Origin: a virus | Lineage: Duplodnaviria > Caudoviricetes | DNA: 24,255 nucleotides | Direction: 5' to 3' (one strand) | Virus record (IMG/VR): IMGVR_UViG_3300030095_003304 | Location: 1-24,255 of that record | Part shown: positions 1 to 6,506 of the stretch, piece after piece | Layout: each line of letters begins with the position of its first letter | Numbering within the stretch: position 1 is the first letter of the stretch | The notes under the pieces: model-generated | What the model saw: the letters and a program-made list of their open reading frames with translations, nothing else | What the model was told of the DNA's origin: nothing | Database searches by the model: none | Position numbers and translations under genes: made by a program

Positions 1-25
1 CATTTATATTAATTGGCACTGTTTA

Positions 26-34
26 TGCTATAAT
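26..34 (+). promoter_or_regulatory. Extended -10 sigma70-type promoter (TGcTATAAT)
   Basis: Perfect TGnTATAAT at 26-34. The predicted start near 41 leads into an ORF-free structured region. Confidence 0.6.
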
Positions 35-40
35 AAGACC

Positions 41-341
41 TTAGTCAACCATCGGAGCAAGCGTGTAAGCCCAAGTCCTATAGTCCCCCACTATGAGTTG
101 TAAAAATACGGGTAGGCATCGAGGAACGAGATAGTCGTAGGAATACGGGTGTCCCTAATGCTTAGAGGTTGGATAGCCCTGATGATGCCATGCAAGCTAG
201 CCATAAAATCTTATTAACGGAGTGTATTGACTTAACTACCTCCACTTTCGTAAACCGTTGATATTAGCCCATGGGGCGAAGCTGTGTCTACGCAACAGGA
301 GCACCCACGTATATAGAAGCCTCGCAGGAATATATTTTTTT
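41..341 (+). ncRNA. Putative structured ncRNA A (unknown class)
   Basis: No credible ORF. Stems: GGCATC 115-120/GATGCC 184-189; TATTAACGG-AGTG 212-224/CACT..CCGTTGATA 243-263 (one U-G pair); several small hairpins. Shares CGGAGCAAG and AGCCCAAGTC with 4361-4393. Ends in T7 at 335-341. Confidence 0.5.
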
Positions 342-510
342 ATAGGGTGGTGGATGTATATACATATCTGAGTAGCAGACGTTTGCTGACCGCCCCCACC
401 CCTGTCGAAAAAATGTTCACTTGCGTGGATCTCATGCGGTTTGCCTGGCAATTGCGGCGCAGCTTCACGCGTGTGGGATTGTTTTTATTCTTTTTGAGTG
501 TGATACATCT

Positions 511-572
511 TGCGACCAGTTTATGTGACTAGGTTCTTGCGACCAGGTTCTGTGGCCAGCTTATGCGGCCTA
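511..572. repeat. Five degenerate direct repeats, consensus TGYGRCYAG, period 13-14 bp
   Basis: TGCGACCAG 511, TGTGACTAG 524, TGCGACCAG 538, TGTGGCCAG 551, TGCGGCCTA 564, followed by an AT-rich tract at 583-611. Confidence 0.75.
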
Positions 573-582
573 TCCTAGGTAG

Positions 583-644
583 ATAAAAAAAGTTAAGATT
601 TATTTAAAAAAGGTGTTGACACGTAGCAATCTACTCAGGTAATG
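583..644 (+). promoter_or_regulatory. Probable early promoter with AT-rich UP element
   Basis: TTGACA at 616-621 preceded by A/T tracts, directly upstream of the first early ORF. The -10 is weak (GGTAAT 638-643). Confidence 0.5.
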
Positions 645-701
645 TTTGTGAATCGCAAGCAAATCAGTTAAGCGAAACCTAAACTAAACAAAGAAAAACA
701 A

Positions 702-860
702 ATGGACAAAGTAACAAAGAAAGACCTCGAAGACATGATAATGGATCTATTGATGGCAAGGGGCTATCTCGACTCGAAAGGCAAGGGATTTAAACAGAAA
801 GGTCTTGAGCGGCTCGACGATCTTTACCTCCAGTTGAATAAGCTAAAGAATAGCCTATAA
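702..860 (+). CDS. Small hypothetical early protein (52 aa, MDKVTKKDLEDMIMDLLMARG...), not in ORF track
   Basis: ATG 702 to TAA 860 read by hand, preceded by the same A/C-rich leader as neighbouring genes. Confidence 0.75.
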   Translation: MDKVTKKDLEDMIMDLLMARGYLDSKGKGFKQKGLERLDDLYLQLNKLKNSL

Positions 861-874
861 AGAGCAAACCCTTC

Positions 875-937
875 AAACCTTGCCCGCCTTGTCTTTGACT
901 CGTGCGGGTTTTGGGGTGCCTAAAGATGGGCACAAAC
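875..937 (+). promoter_or_regulatory. Intergenic double-hairpin RNA element, copy 1
   Basis: ACCTTGC..GCGGGTTTTGGG, then stem GTGCCT-AAAGAT-GGGCAC-AAAC; homologous to 1601-1666. Confidence 0.6.
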
Positions 938-959
938 TTAAACCTAAATATATAAACAA

Positions 960-1148
960 ATGAAAATTGAAGTAACTAAAGAAGCCGCTGTAAAATTAAT
1001 CGGTGACGATTCAAAGACTTGGCGCGATTTTACGCAAACTGAGCTTGCAGAAACGACACTTTACCACGGGCACGGGGTGAACATTACAGTAATTCACAAT
1101 TACATAGGTGAAATTACTCAGTATTACATTACAGACATTAACGCATAA
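960..1148 (+). CDS. Hypothetical early protein (62 aa)
   Basis: ATG with A/C leader; compact gene array. Confidence 0.8.
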   Translation: MKIEVTKEAAVKLIGDDSKTWRDFTQTELAETTLYHGHGVNITVIHNYIGEITQYYITDINA

Positions 1149-1170
1149 ACCATAAACTAAATATATAAAC

Positions 1171-1362
1171 ATGAAAACAGGCGACGAACTCAACGAAATG
1201 TATGACGAAATGATAGAACGCGGCTTATGCACGTTCAAAGAAATTGAACTTGTAACGAGCATTAACGGCTATAACGAGGGCGCATTAAATGACATTGTCT
1301 ATGTGCGCACGGGATACGTGACGCTCGATCAGTATATTGAATACGACGACATTCAAAAATAA
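1171..1362 (+). CDS. Hypothetical early protein (63 aa)
   Basis: ATG with AACCATAAAC-type leader; protein-like acidic composition. Confidence 0.8.
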   Translation: MKTGDELNEMYDEMIERGLCTFKEIELVTSINGYNEGALNDIVYVRTGYVTLDQYIEYDDIQK

Positions 1363-1382
1363 TTACAAACCATAAACGAAAC

Positions 1383-1586
1383 ATGAAAATAGAAAAAGCA
1401 TATCAAATAATAAACGACCTGGGCGCAGCAGTAACGAAAGCAAGCGGCATAGAGGAAAGCGCGGTCTTTGTTGGCCTAGCAACCGTAATTAAATGCAAGG
1501 CAGAGACACCTCGCGAGGTGATCGAAGCCTCGGAAATAGTAAAGGCAGATATGTTAAATTACATGCTTGCCTTGCCTAAAGCCTAG
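1383..1586 (+). CDS. Hypothetical early protein (67 aa)
   Basis: ATG with AACCATAAAC-type leader. Confidence 0.8.
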   Translation: MKIEKAYQIINDLGAAVTKASGIEESAVFVGLATVIKCKAETPREVIEASEIVKADMLNYMLALPKA

Positions 1587-1600
1587 CAAAGCAAAGAAGC

Positions 1601-1666
1601 GACCTTGCGCCCTGCGTTCCCTATACGGGGCGCGGGGTTTCGGGGTAGGTAAAGACACCTACAAAC
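1601..1666 (+). promoter_or_regulatory. Intergenic double-hairpin RNA element, copy 2
   Basis: GACCTTGCGCCC..GGGCGCGGGGTT long stem, then GTAGGT-AAAGAC-ACCTAC-AAAC. Confidence 0.6.
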
Positions 1667-1730
1667 AAACAAAACGCCCTTAAGGGGCAATTACACGCCA
1701 TTAAACGGCATTCAAACCAATAAACAAAAC

Positions 1731-1913
1731 ATGAAAAAGAGCATCCAATATTATATTGCACAGGCCGACATTGCGCACGACCTTTACAGCAAAGCTAAGG
1801 GTTCTTATGAATCCACCTGGATGGGAGCCGCCAAGGGCTTTCAAACTCAAATAGCAGACGCAGCTCTATTTGCTAAATGTAAAGAGAAGGCGGCGGCAAT
1901 CCTTGCAAAGTAA
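1731..1913 (+). CDS. Hypothetical early protein (60 aa)
   Basis: ATG with A/C leader. Confidence 0.75.
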   Translation: MKKSIQYYIAQADIAHDLYSKAKGSYESTWMGAAKGFQTQIADAALFAKCKEKAAAILAK

Positions 1914-1935
1914 CCATCAAACCAATAAACAAACC

Positions 1936-2154
1936 ATGAAAATAACAACAGAACGAAAAGGAACTAGCCTCACGAATGTTTACCACATAAGCGCAACTTG
2001 CTTGCTGCGGCACACCGTGGGCAAACCAATAGCAACGCTAATCAGCAAGGGCATTGCATGGGAAGTGCGCGAGCCTTGCCTTGCCTTTCATCTATTAAGA
2101 ATGGGAAGGCTATTGCCGGCTCGCTTGTTTCCTCATATGGATGCAACGAAATAG
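1936..2154 (+). CDS. Hypothetical early protein (72 aa; start revised from 1870)
   Basis: ATG 1936 follows AACCAATAAACAAACC; the upstream extension overlaps the previous gene. Confidence 0.7.
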   Translation: MKITTERKGTSLTNVYHISATCLLRHTVGKPIATLISKGIAWEVREPCLAFHLLRMGRLLPARLFPHMDATK

Positions 2155-2183
2155 AAACTTAACTGCAAACCAACAAACAAACT

Positions 2184-2603
2184 ATGAAAACAAAAAAACT
2201 ATTATTCGCCCTAGCAATGGGCTTAGTCTCGCACCTGTCCGTCAATGCGTCTGAGATAGTCGCAGCAACCTTAATCCTGGAGGCGGGGGGAGAGTATACA
2301 ACGGGCTCAATGGAGGCCGTAAACGAAGTAATACGCAACCGTGCTGCAAAGCGCAAGCTTACGACCAGGCAAGTGTGCTTACAGCGAAAGCAATTTAGCT
2401 GCTGGGATAGCGGAAAGATCGACCAGTTACTTGCCAAAGCAAAGAGGCATCCGCGCTTTAGCGAGGCCTTAGCCATTGTAAACGGGGCTTTGACCAATTA
2501 TACGGGCGGGGCTGATCACTATCACGCAGACTATTGTAATCCTTACTGGGCAAGCTCATTAAAAAAGACTTGCACTATCGGAAAGCATCTCTTTTATAAG
2601 TAA
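2184..2603 (+). CDS. SleB/Hydrolase_2-like cell wall hydrolase (lytic transglycosylase) with N-terminal signal peptide
   Basis: Motifs TLILEAGGE (catalytic Glu), AVNEVIRNR, QFSCW, GADHYH, PYWA, IGKHLFY; N-terminus MKTKKLLFALAMGLVSHLSVNA. Confidence 0.88.
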   Translation: MKTKKLLFALAMGLVSHLSVNASEIVAATLILEAGGEYTTGSMEAVNEVIRNRAAKRKLTTRQVCLQRKQFSCWDSGKIDQLLAKAKRHPRFSEALAIVNGALTNYTGGADHYHADYCNPYWASSLKKTCTIGKHLFYK

Positions 2604-2633
2604 ATCTAACCATAAACAAACCATAAACAAACC

Positions 2634-2945
2634 ATGAATAAACTAACAAAACAATTCTTTGACGCTAACAGAAGCGCAATGTTTCACGGGCATCCGCAAG
2701 TTATGACAATAGCTTACACGAAACAAAACAAGGCGGGGGAACGCAAGGCGTTGCGCTACCTTTCAAGGTGTTTTCGTATTGATGCGAGCAGGGTTGCCGA
2801 TTGGGTAGATGTATCCAGCGATCAAATTGAACGGCTTAAGGCGGCAACTAAGCGTTTAAAAAGCGTTCAAGGCTTTGCCGTTCTAACCAACCCAACGGGA
2901 AATTTTGAAGATTGGAGTGTCGAGCTTATCGACGGGCGAATCTAA
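2634..2945 (+). CDS. Hypothetical protein (103 aa)
   Basis: ATG after a tandemly duplicated AACCATAAACA leader. Confidence 0.8.
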   Translation: MNKLTKQFFDANRSAMFHGHPQVMTIAYTKQNKAGERKALRYLSRCFRIDASRVADWVDVSSDQIERLKAATKRLKSVQGFAVLTNPTGNFEDWSVELIDGRI

Positions 2946-2967
2946 CCACACAAACCATAAACAAACC

Positions 2968-3186
2968 ATGAAAACAAAACACTATATGTCTACCGTTACA
3001 ATCCGCAACGGGGAATACGAAACACTAACTAATTACTGCTTCAAATCAGCCGACCGAAAGTCAGCAGAAAAGGAAGTAACGGAAGCCTTTGACATAGGGG
3101 GCGATGACTGGGAGCAACAAGCAGAGTTGTATAGCTTGGTAGAAGTAACCGAAGAGGAGTATGCCGTCCTAAGCAAATTTATTTAA
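2968..3186 (+). CDS. Hypothetical protein (72 aa; start revised from 2905)
   Basis: ATG 2968 after AACCATAAACAAACC. Confidence 0.8.
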   Translation: MKTKHYMSTVTIRNGEYETLTNYCFKSADRKSAEKEVTEAFDIGGDDWEQQAELYSLVEVTEEEYAVLSKFI

Positions 3187-3196
3187 CCTACAAACC

Positions 3197-3325
3197 ATGA
3201 AAATACATAAACCTAACAAGCTAGTCAAGACAGAGAAGCAAGAGGAGAGCGCGTTTATCGTAGCCGCTTGCATCGCCATAGCATCCATACTGCTAATTGT
3301 AACCGTAATTGTAGAGAACCTATAA
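3197..3325 (+). CDS. Small membrane protein (42 aa), not in ORF track
   Basis: MKIHKPNKLVKTEKQEESAFIVAACIAIASILLIVTVIVENL; one hydrophobic helix; fills the gap between two genes. Confidence 0.7.
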   Translation: MKIHKPNKLVKTEKQEESAFIVAACIAIASILLIVTVIVENL

Positions 3326-3328
3326 CCC

Positions 3329-3520
3329 ATGTATAAAATAATAATAAGTTATATAATCGCTTCGGCCTTTGCGCTGGGCTTGCTAAATCACGCCGTAAAC
3401 AAAGCACAAGACAACATTGAGACGCTTGCGGAGGTGCTAGTGCATCACGCGGACACGTTAGAAGACCACAGGGGTGTCTTGCTGCAAATGATTGACGATC
3501 TAACCATTACGCCCATGTAA
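3329..3520 (+). CDS. Small protein with N-terminal membrane anchor and coiled-coil-like tail (63 aa)
   Basis: Hydrophobic IIISYIIASAFALGLL followed by an amphipathic helix. Confidence 0.75.
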   Translation: MYKIIISYIIASAFALGLLNHAVNKAQDNIETLAEVLVHHADTLEDHRGVLLQMIDDLTITPM

Positions 3521-3524
3521 GCAA

Positions 3525-3707
3525 ATGAGAGCAATAGACACAGCAGGAACGCAAAGCAAAGTTTCAAGTTGCATGGGCTTCATAGCCTCTGGAGCAGCAC
3601 GAGACGCATACCGTAGGCTTTTAACAGCAAGCACGGTAGGAGAGAGCAAGGGAGAGCAACGCAAGTCTCCTTTTAGTAAAACAACAAAAGAGAAAGTAAA
3701 GAAGTAA
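3525..3707 (+). CDS. Hypothetical protein (60 aa)
   Basis: Tightly packed; its stop overlaps the next start (TAATG). Confidence 0.65.
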   Translation: MRAIDTAGTQSKVSSCMGFIASGAARDAYRRLLTASTVGESKGEQRKSPFSKTTKEKVKK

Positions 3708-3976
3708 TGACAGGAAGTATGATAGCAAGCGCAGTCCGATACATGGAAAGCATAAAAGACAAAGTGCCGCCAGCAGAAGAAGAGGTTATTACTGTAAAGC
3801 AGAAAAGACCTGGCACGCCACATCTCAAGACCTTAGGTCTCGACCCGCACAAGATGGTCAAGGCTGTGGATAAGCTCAAGGCAAAGGGGCTAGAGGTAAA
3901 TGATGCTTGCGAGCAAGTCGGCATGACTAGGTCTCAATACTATAAAACCAAAAAAGGAATAACAAACAGAAAATGA
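3707..3976 (+). CDS. Putative helix-turn-helix DNA-binding protein (89 aa)
   Basis: C-terminal GLEVNDACEQVGMTRSQYYK matches the HTH pattern (A-x3-G-x-T/S-x3-Y). Confidence 0.65.
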   Translation: MTGSMIASAVRYMESIKDKVPPAEEEVITVKQKRPGTPHLKTLGLDPHKMVKAVDKLKAKGLEVNDACEQVGMTRSQYYKTKKGITNRK

Positions 3977-4167
3977 GAACAATACAACAATACCAAAAAG
4001 ACCATCCGCAACTATCAGAGGAGCAAGTTCACTCTGCCTATCATATAACAGAGATTGATGCGCCAGAGTTTAGCGTGAGCGGCTTCATGCTCATTGCCCC
4101 AGGTCGGTGTCTCGCCATCCATGAAAACGGCAATATCTTCCCTTTACGGCTCAAGGAGAGCTACTAG
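3973..4167 (+). CDS. Hypothetical protein (64 aa)
   Basis: ATGA overlap with the previous stop. Confidence 0.7.
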   Translation: MRTIQQYQKDHPQLSEEQVHSAYHITEIDAPEFSVSGFMLIAPGRCLAIHENGNIFPLRLKESY

Positions 4168-4201
4168 AGAAGGGGAGTAAGGGGCTGTGATATAATACCG
4201 C

Positions 4202-4230
4202 TTGACAAGTTTCCAAAACTTGTTTACTAA
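4202..4230 (+). promoter_or_regulatory. Sigma70-type promoter with overlapping operator-like inverted repeat
   Basis: TTGACA 4202-4207, 17 bp, TACTAA 4225-4230; ACAAGTTT-cca-AAACTTGT at 4205-4223. Confidence 0.6.
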
Positions 4231-4239
4231 ATTAAATCA

Positions 4240-4343
4240 TAGCAGAAATGCTACCGTGTAGTGACGGATCAGATCCTTTCCCCGCTTGTCCTCAAGCAAC
4301 TTTAAGCCTCTCTTCTAGCACTACATGGAAGAGGGGCTTTTTT
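4240..4343 (+). ncRNA. Structured leader or small RNA ending in an intrinsic terminator (attenuator-like)
   Basis: Hairpins TAGCA-GAAA-TGCTA, CCGT-GTAGTG-ACGG and GCTTG-TCCT-CAAGC precede a terminator whose loop is complementary to hairpin 2. Confidence 0.6.
4304..4343 (+). terminator. Rho-independent terminator
   Basis: 14-bp stem AAGCCTCTCTTCTA/TGGAAGAGGGGCTT, 8-nt loop, T run to 4343. Confidence 0.8.
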
Positions 4344-4349
4344 ATGCCC

Positions 4350-4672
4350 ATACAGTCTAGCGGAGCAAGTGGCCTCACAGGTTAGCCCAAGTCTGCACAA
4401 CGGAACCCGAAGCGTAGCTTCTAGGTTCTAGTGGTTGCTAGGTTTGACAGAGATACCGACCTGGCGTAACAGGTGGCTCCTAACGGAGCGTGAACACCGT
4501 CCCGTAGCTTATACAGCACTTACCACAGCCAAGCGGGACGACATGAAAGAGCGTCAGACTCATACGATTTGAGACAAGACAGCAGGATATGGTTCATTCG
4601 TAATGGGTGAACCATGTCCAAACGCCAAGAGCTACACCGATTTGATTGAGACCAAGGAACCAAAGTTTTTTT
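4350..4672 (+). ncRNA. Putative structured ncRNA B (paralog of 41-341)
   Basis: ORF-free. Stems: GAACC-GAAGC/GCTTC-GGTTC 4403-4428; ACCTG/CAGGT 4459-4474; GCTCC/GGAGC 4476-4489; CGTCCCG 4498-4504/CGGGACG 4534-4540; 15-bp stem 4585-4619 whose three non-Watson-Crick pairs are all U-G on the + strand. Ends in T7 at 4666-4672. Confidence 0.65.
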
Positions 4673-4692
4673 AGAAACAAGGACGATTCTTC

Positions 4693-4721
4693 TTGACCAT
4701 CCAAATACCTTTCCCTACATC
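4693..4721 (+). promoter_or_regulatory. Possible promoter for the replication module
   Basis: TTGACC, 17 bp, TACATC upstream of ATG 4750. Confidence 0.35.
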
Positions 4722-4749
4722 TTACCAATACCGTAACCAAAACAAAACT

Positions 4750-5511
4750 ATGAACCTAAAAACAAATACTAAAACTGCCCTCATTGATCTTGAACTGATC
4801 TCTTACTCTCATGCAGCTAAGGCTGAATCAACTGGCACAGGTCTAAAAAGCCTTGTCGAGATGGTAGAGTTTACCATACACAGTGTGGTCTCTGCTTGCC
4901 GCGCACAAGAGCATTACCTAGTGGTGTCTGGACGCAACAACTTCCGTAAGGTTCTGTATCCAGACTACAAAGCAGGGAGACGCGAGAAGCCACCTCTTTA
5001 TGTTCCATTGATGGACAAGCTTGAGGAGTTAAATAATCACAGGTGGTGCAAGCACGACCAGTTAGAAGCGGATGATTTACTTGGCATCATGCTGACGAAC
5101 GGAAGGGTTAAAAACCCAATCCTTTGTAGCATAGATAAAGACTTACTTGGTGTCCCAGGTTGGCACTACAACTGGAACAAAGATGACTGGCCTCGTGGTG
5201 TTACACAAGCGGAGGCAGACTTTCATTGGTTGGTTCAACTTCTCATGGGAGATTCAACCGACAACATTGAGGGGATGAAGGGGATTGGTATTGCCAAGGC
5301 TCAGAAGTTAGCCTCTGCCTATTGTGAAAGGATGGGAACACCACCTGCACCAATCCCTGCCGCAAAAGAAATTTACGAATCGGAAGGTTTTGCCCTTGAC
5401 GCATATATAAAGTGTCTCATGCTCATCTCTATCTGGAGGTCACCGATGCCACCAGAGCTTTTAGAAAACGAACTTATCTTGGAGGTGTCAAAGACCATCC
5501 CAAGTTTATAA
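4750..5511 (+). CDS. 5'-3' exonuclease, T7 gp6/FEN-like (253 aa; start revised from 4693)
   Basis: ALID, NFRKVLYPDYKAGR, EADDLLG, SIDKDL and H3TH motif GDSTDNIEGMKGIGIAKA. Confidence 0.92.
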   Translation: MNLKTNTKTALIDLELISYSHAAKAESTGTGLKSLVEMVEFTIHSVVSACRAQEHYLVVSGRNNFRKVLYPDYKAGRREKPPLYVPLMDKLEELNNHRWCKHDQLEADDLLGIMLTNGRVKNPILCSIDKDLLGVPGWHYNWNKDDWPRGVTQAEADFHWLVQLLMGDSTDNIEGMKGIGIAKAQKLASAYCERMGTPPAPIPAAKEIYESEGFALDAYIKCLMLISIWRSPMPPELLENELILEVSKTIPSL

Positions 5512-5531
5512 ACCATAAACCAAACATAAAC

Positions 5532-5756
5532 ATGAGATCAGAAAAACAAAAAGATAGCACAACAAAATACAAGGCTTCACGCAAGAGGTTTAAAGACCTA
5601 ACATTTGATGAGAAAGTTAAATGTAAGGATTTTTGGAATAGACCAGTTGACCCAGATGTTTCCAGAGCCTACAGTTTTCTTAGCCGTCAGAAGCAGAAGA
5701 GAGAGAAGGCTAAAAACAAAGCCGTTGCCGCCATCATGCAAATGCGTGGCATTTAA
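5532..5756 (+). CDS. Basic hypothetical protein (74 aa; start revised from 5412)
   Basis: ATG after AACCATAAACCAAACATAAAC; K/R-rich. Confidence 0.75.
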   Translation: MRSEKQKDSTTKYKASRKRFKDLTFDEKVKCKDFWNRPVDPDVSRAYSFLSRQKQKREKAKNKAVAAIMQMRGI

Positions 5757-5786
5757 TAATAAACCAAACCAAACATAAAACTAAAC

Positions 5787-6101
5787 ATGAAACAAGACAC
5801 ACACAGAACACCAAAGCACGAACGCACAGAACTGGAGCAAGGCTTCAGAGACAAAGCTGCAAACAACTTCCACATCTCTAGGAAGTGCGACAACACTTAC
5901 TCCGAAGCTTTATACTTCGGTCAGTATATAGCCAACAAATACGCGGCAATGAGCGTTCGCACCTCACACCGATATGGCTTTATGCACAACATGACCAAGG
6001 AGCATGACGAATTTATGCCTGAGCTAAAGGACGAAAGCTACGCCAATAAACTTCTTAGGGGCTATAAAGCTCTTGAAGAGATGAGTAAAGATTCACTATA
6101 A
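5787..6101 (+). CDS. Hypothetical protein (104 aa)
   Basis: ATG with A/C leader. Confidence 0.8.
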   Translation: MKQDTHRTPKHERTELEQGFRDKAANNFHISRKCDNTYSEALYFGQYIANKYAAMSVRTSHRYGFMHNMTKEHDEFMPELKDESYANKLLRGYKALEEMSKDSL

Positions 6102-6124
6102 CCAAACCATAAACTAAACAGAAC

Positions 6125-6505
6125 ATGATTATTAAAACAGCAACCTACCCTTACGGCCCCGCCAAACACTTGGACGGGGACACACTTGTCCAACGCCTAC
6201 AAGTTGTCGCAGGACAGCAACGCTTCGTCGATGACTACGTTGGCGCACTATGTGACGGAGATGAATACTGGATTTCAGAGCGCGTCCCAGACAAACCCAA
6301 GAAGCGCACAGGGGATCAAATCCTTACGTGGATGGAGGAGAGTGGCATTGACATGGAGTTTGATTATGACGTAGATATGGCCTTTGGTTCTATCGTTTTA
6401 TACAACAAACACGGTCAATCCCTAGTGACTTACCCTTACGGTAAAGATTGCTTCCGTGAGGCGGCAGAGTTCGTGATGGATCAAGAGGAACGCGAAGACA
6501 GCTAG
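6125..6505 (+). CDS. Hypothetical protein (126 aa) abutting the helicase
   Basis: ATG with A/C leader; stop 1 nt before the dnaB start. Confidence 0.8.
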   Translation: MIIKTATYPYGPAKHLDGDTLVQRLQVVAGQQRFVDDYVGALCDGDEYWISERVPDKPKKRTGDQILTWMEESGIDMEFDYDVDMAFGSIVLYNKHGQSLVTYPYGKDCFREAAEFVMDQEEREDS

Positions 6506-6506
6506 T

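Noticed and set aside
53-125. CGGAGCAAG..CCAA and CGGGTAGGC resemble segments of bacterial RNase P RNA
   Set aside because: The universal P4 strands (GAGGAAAGUCC and ACAGAANNCGGCUUA) are not present in either RNA candidate.
179-210. CTGATGA suggesting a hammerhead ribozyme core
   Set aside because: No stem II followed by GAAA downstream; GATGCC instead pairs with GGCATC at 115-120.
34-233. AGUC/GACU pairing reminiscent of group I intron P7
   Set aside because: The order is reversed relative to group I introns, no P/Q elements or interrupted gene are seen, and the match is too short to support.
236-532. ORFs 236-451 (-) and 347-532 (+)
   Set aside because: No leader like the real genes, atypical composition, and overlap with palindromes and repeats; probably spurious.
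1140-3200. Regularly recurring AACCATAAACAAACC as a possible CRISPR-like array
   Set aside because: Repeats are degenerate and separated by whole ORFs of variable length; they are translation leaders, and no cas genes are present.
4168-4750. tRNA or tmRNA in the long intergenic region
   Set aside because: No cloverleaf with a T-loop GTTCRA and acceptor stem/CCA could be built; the GGTTC instances lie inside other stems.
6186-6374. Second same-strand overlapping ORF inside 6125-6505
   Set aside because: Short, non-ATG start and no motifs, unlike the MTase overlap.
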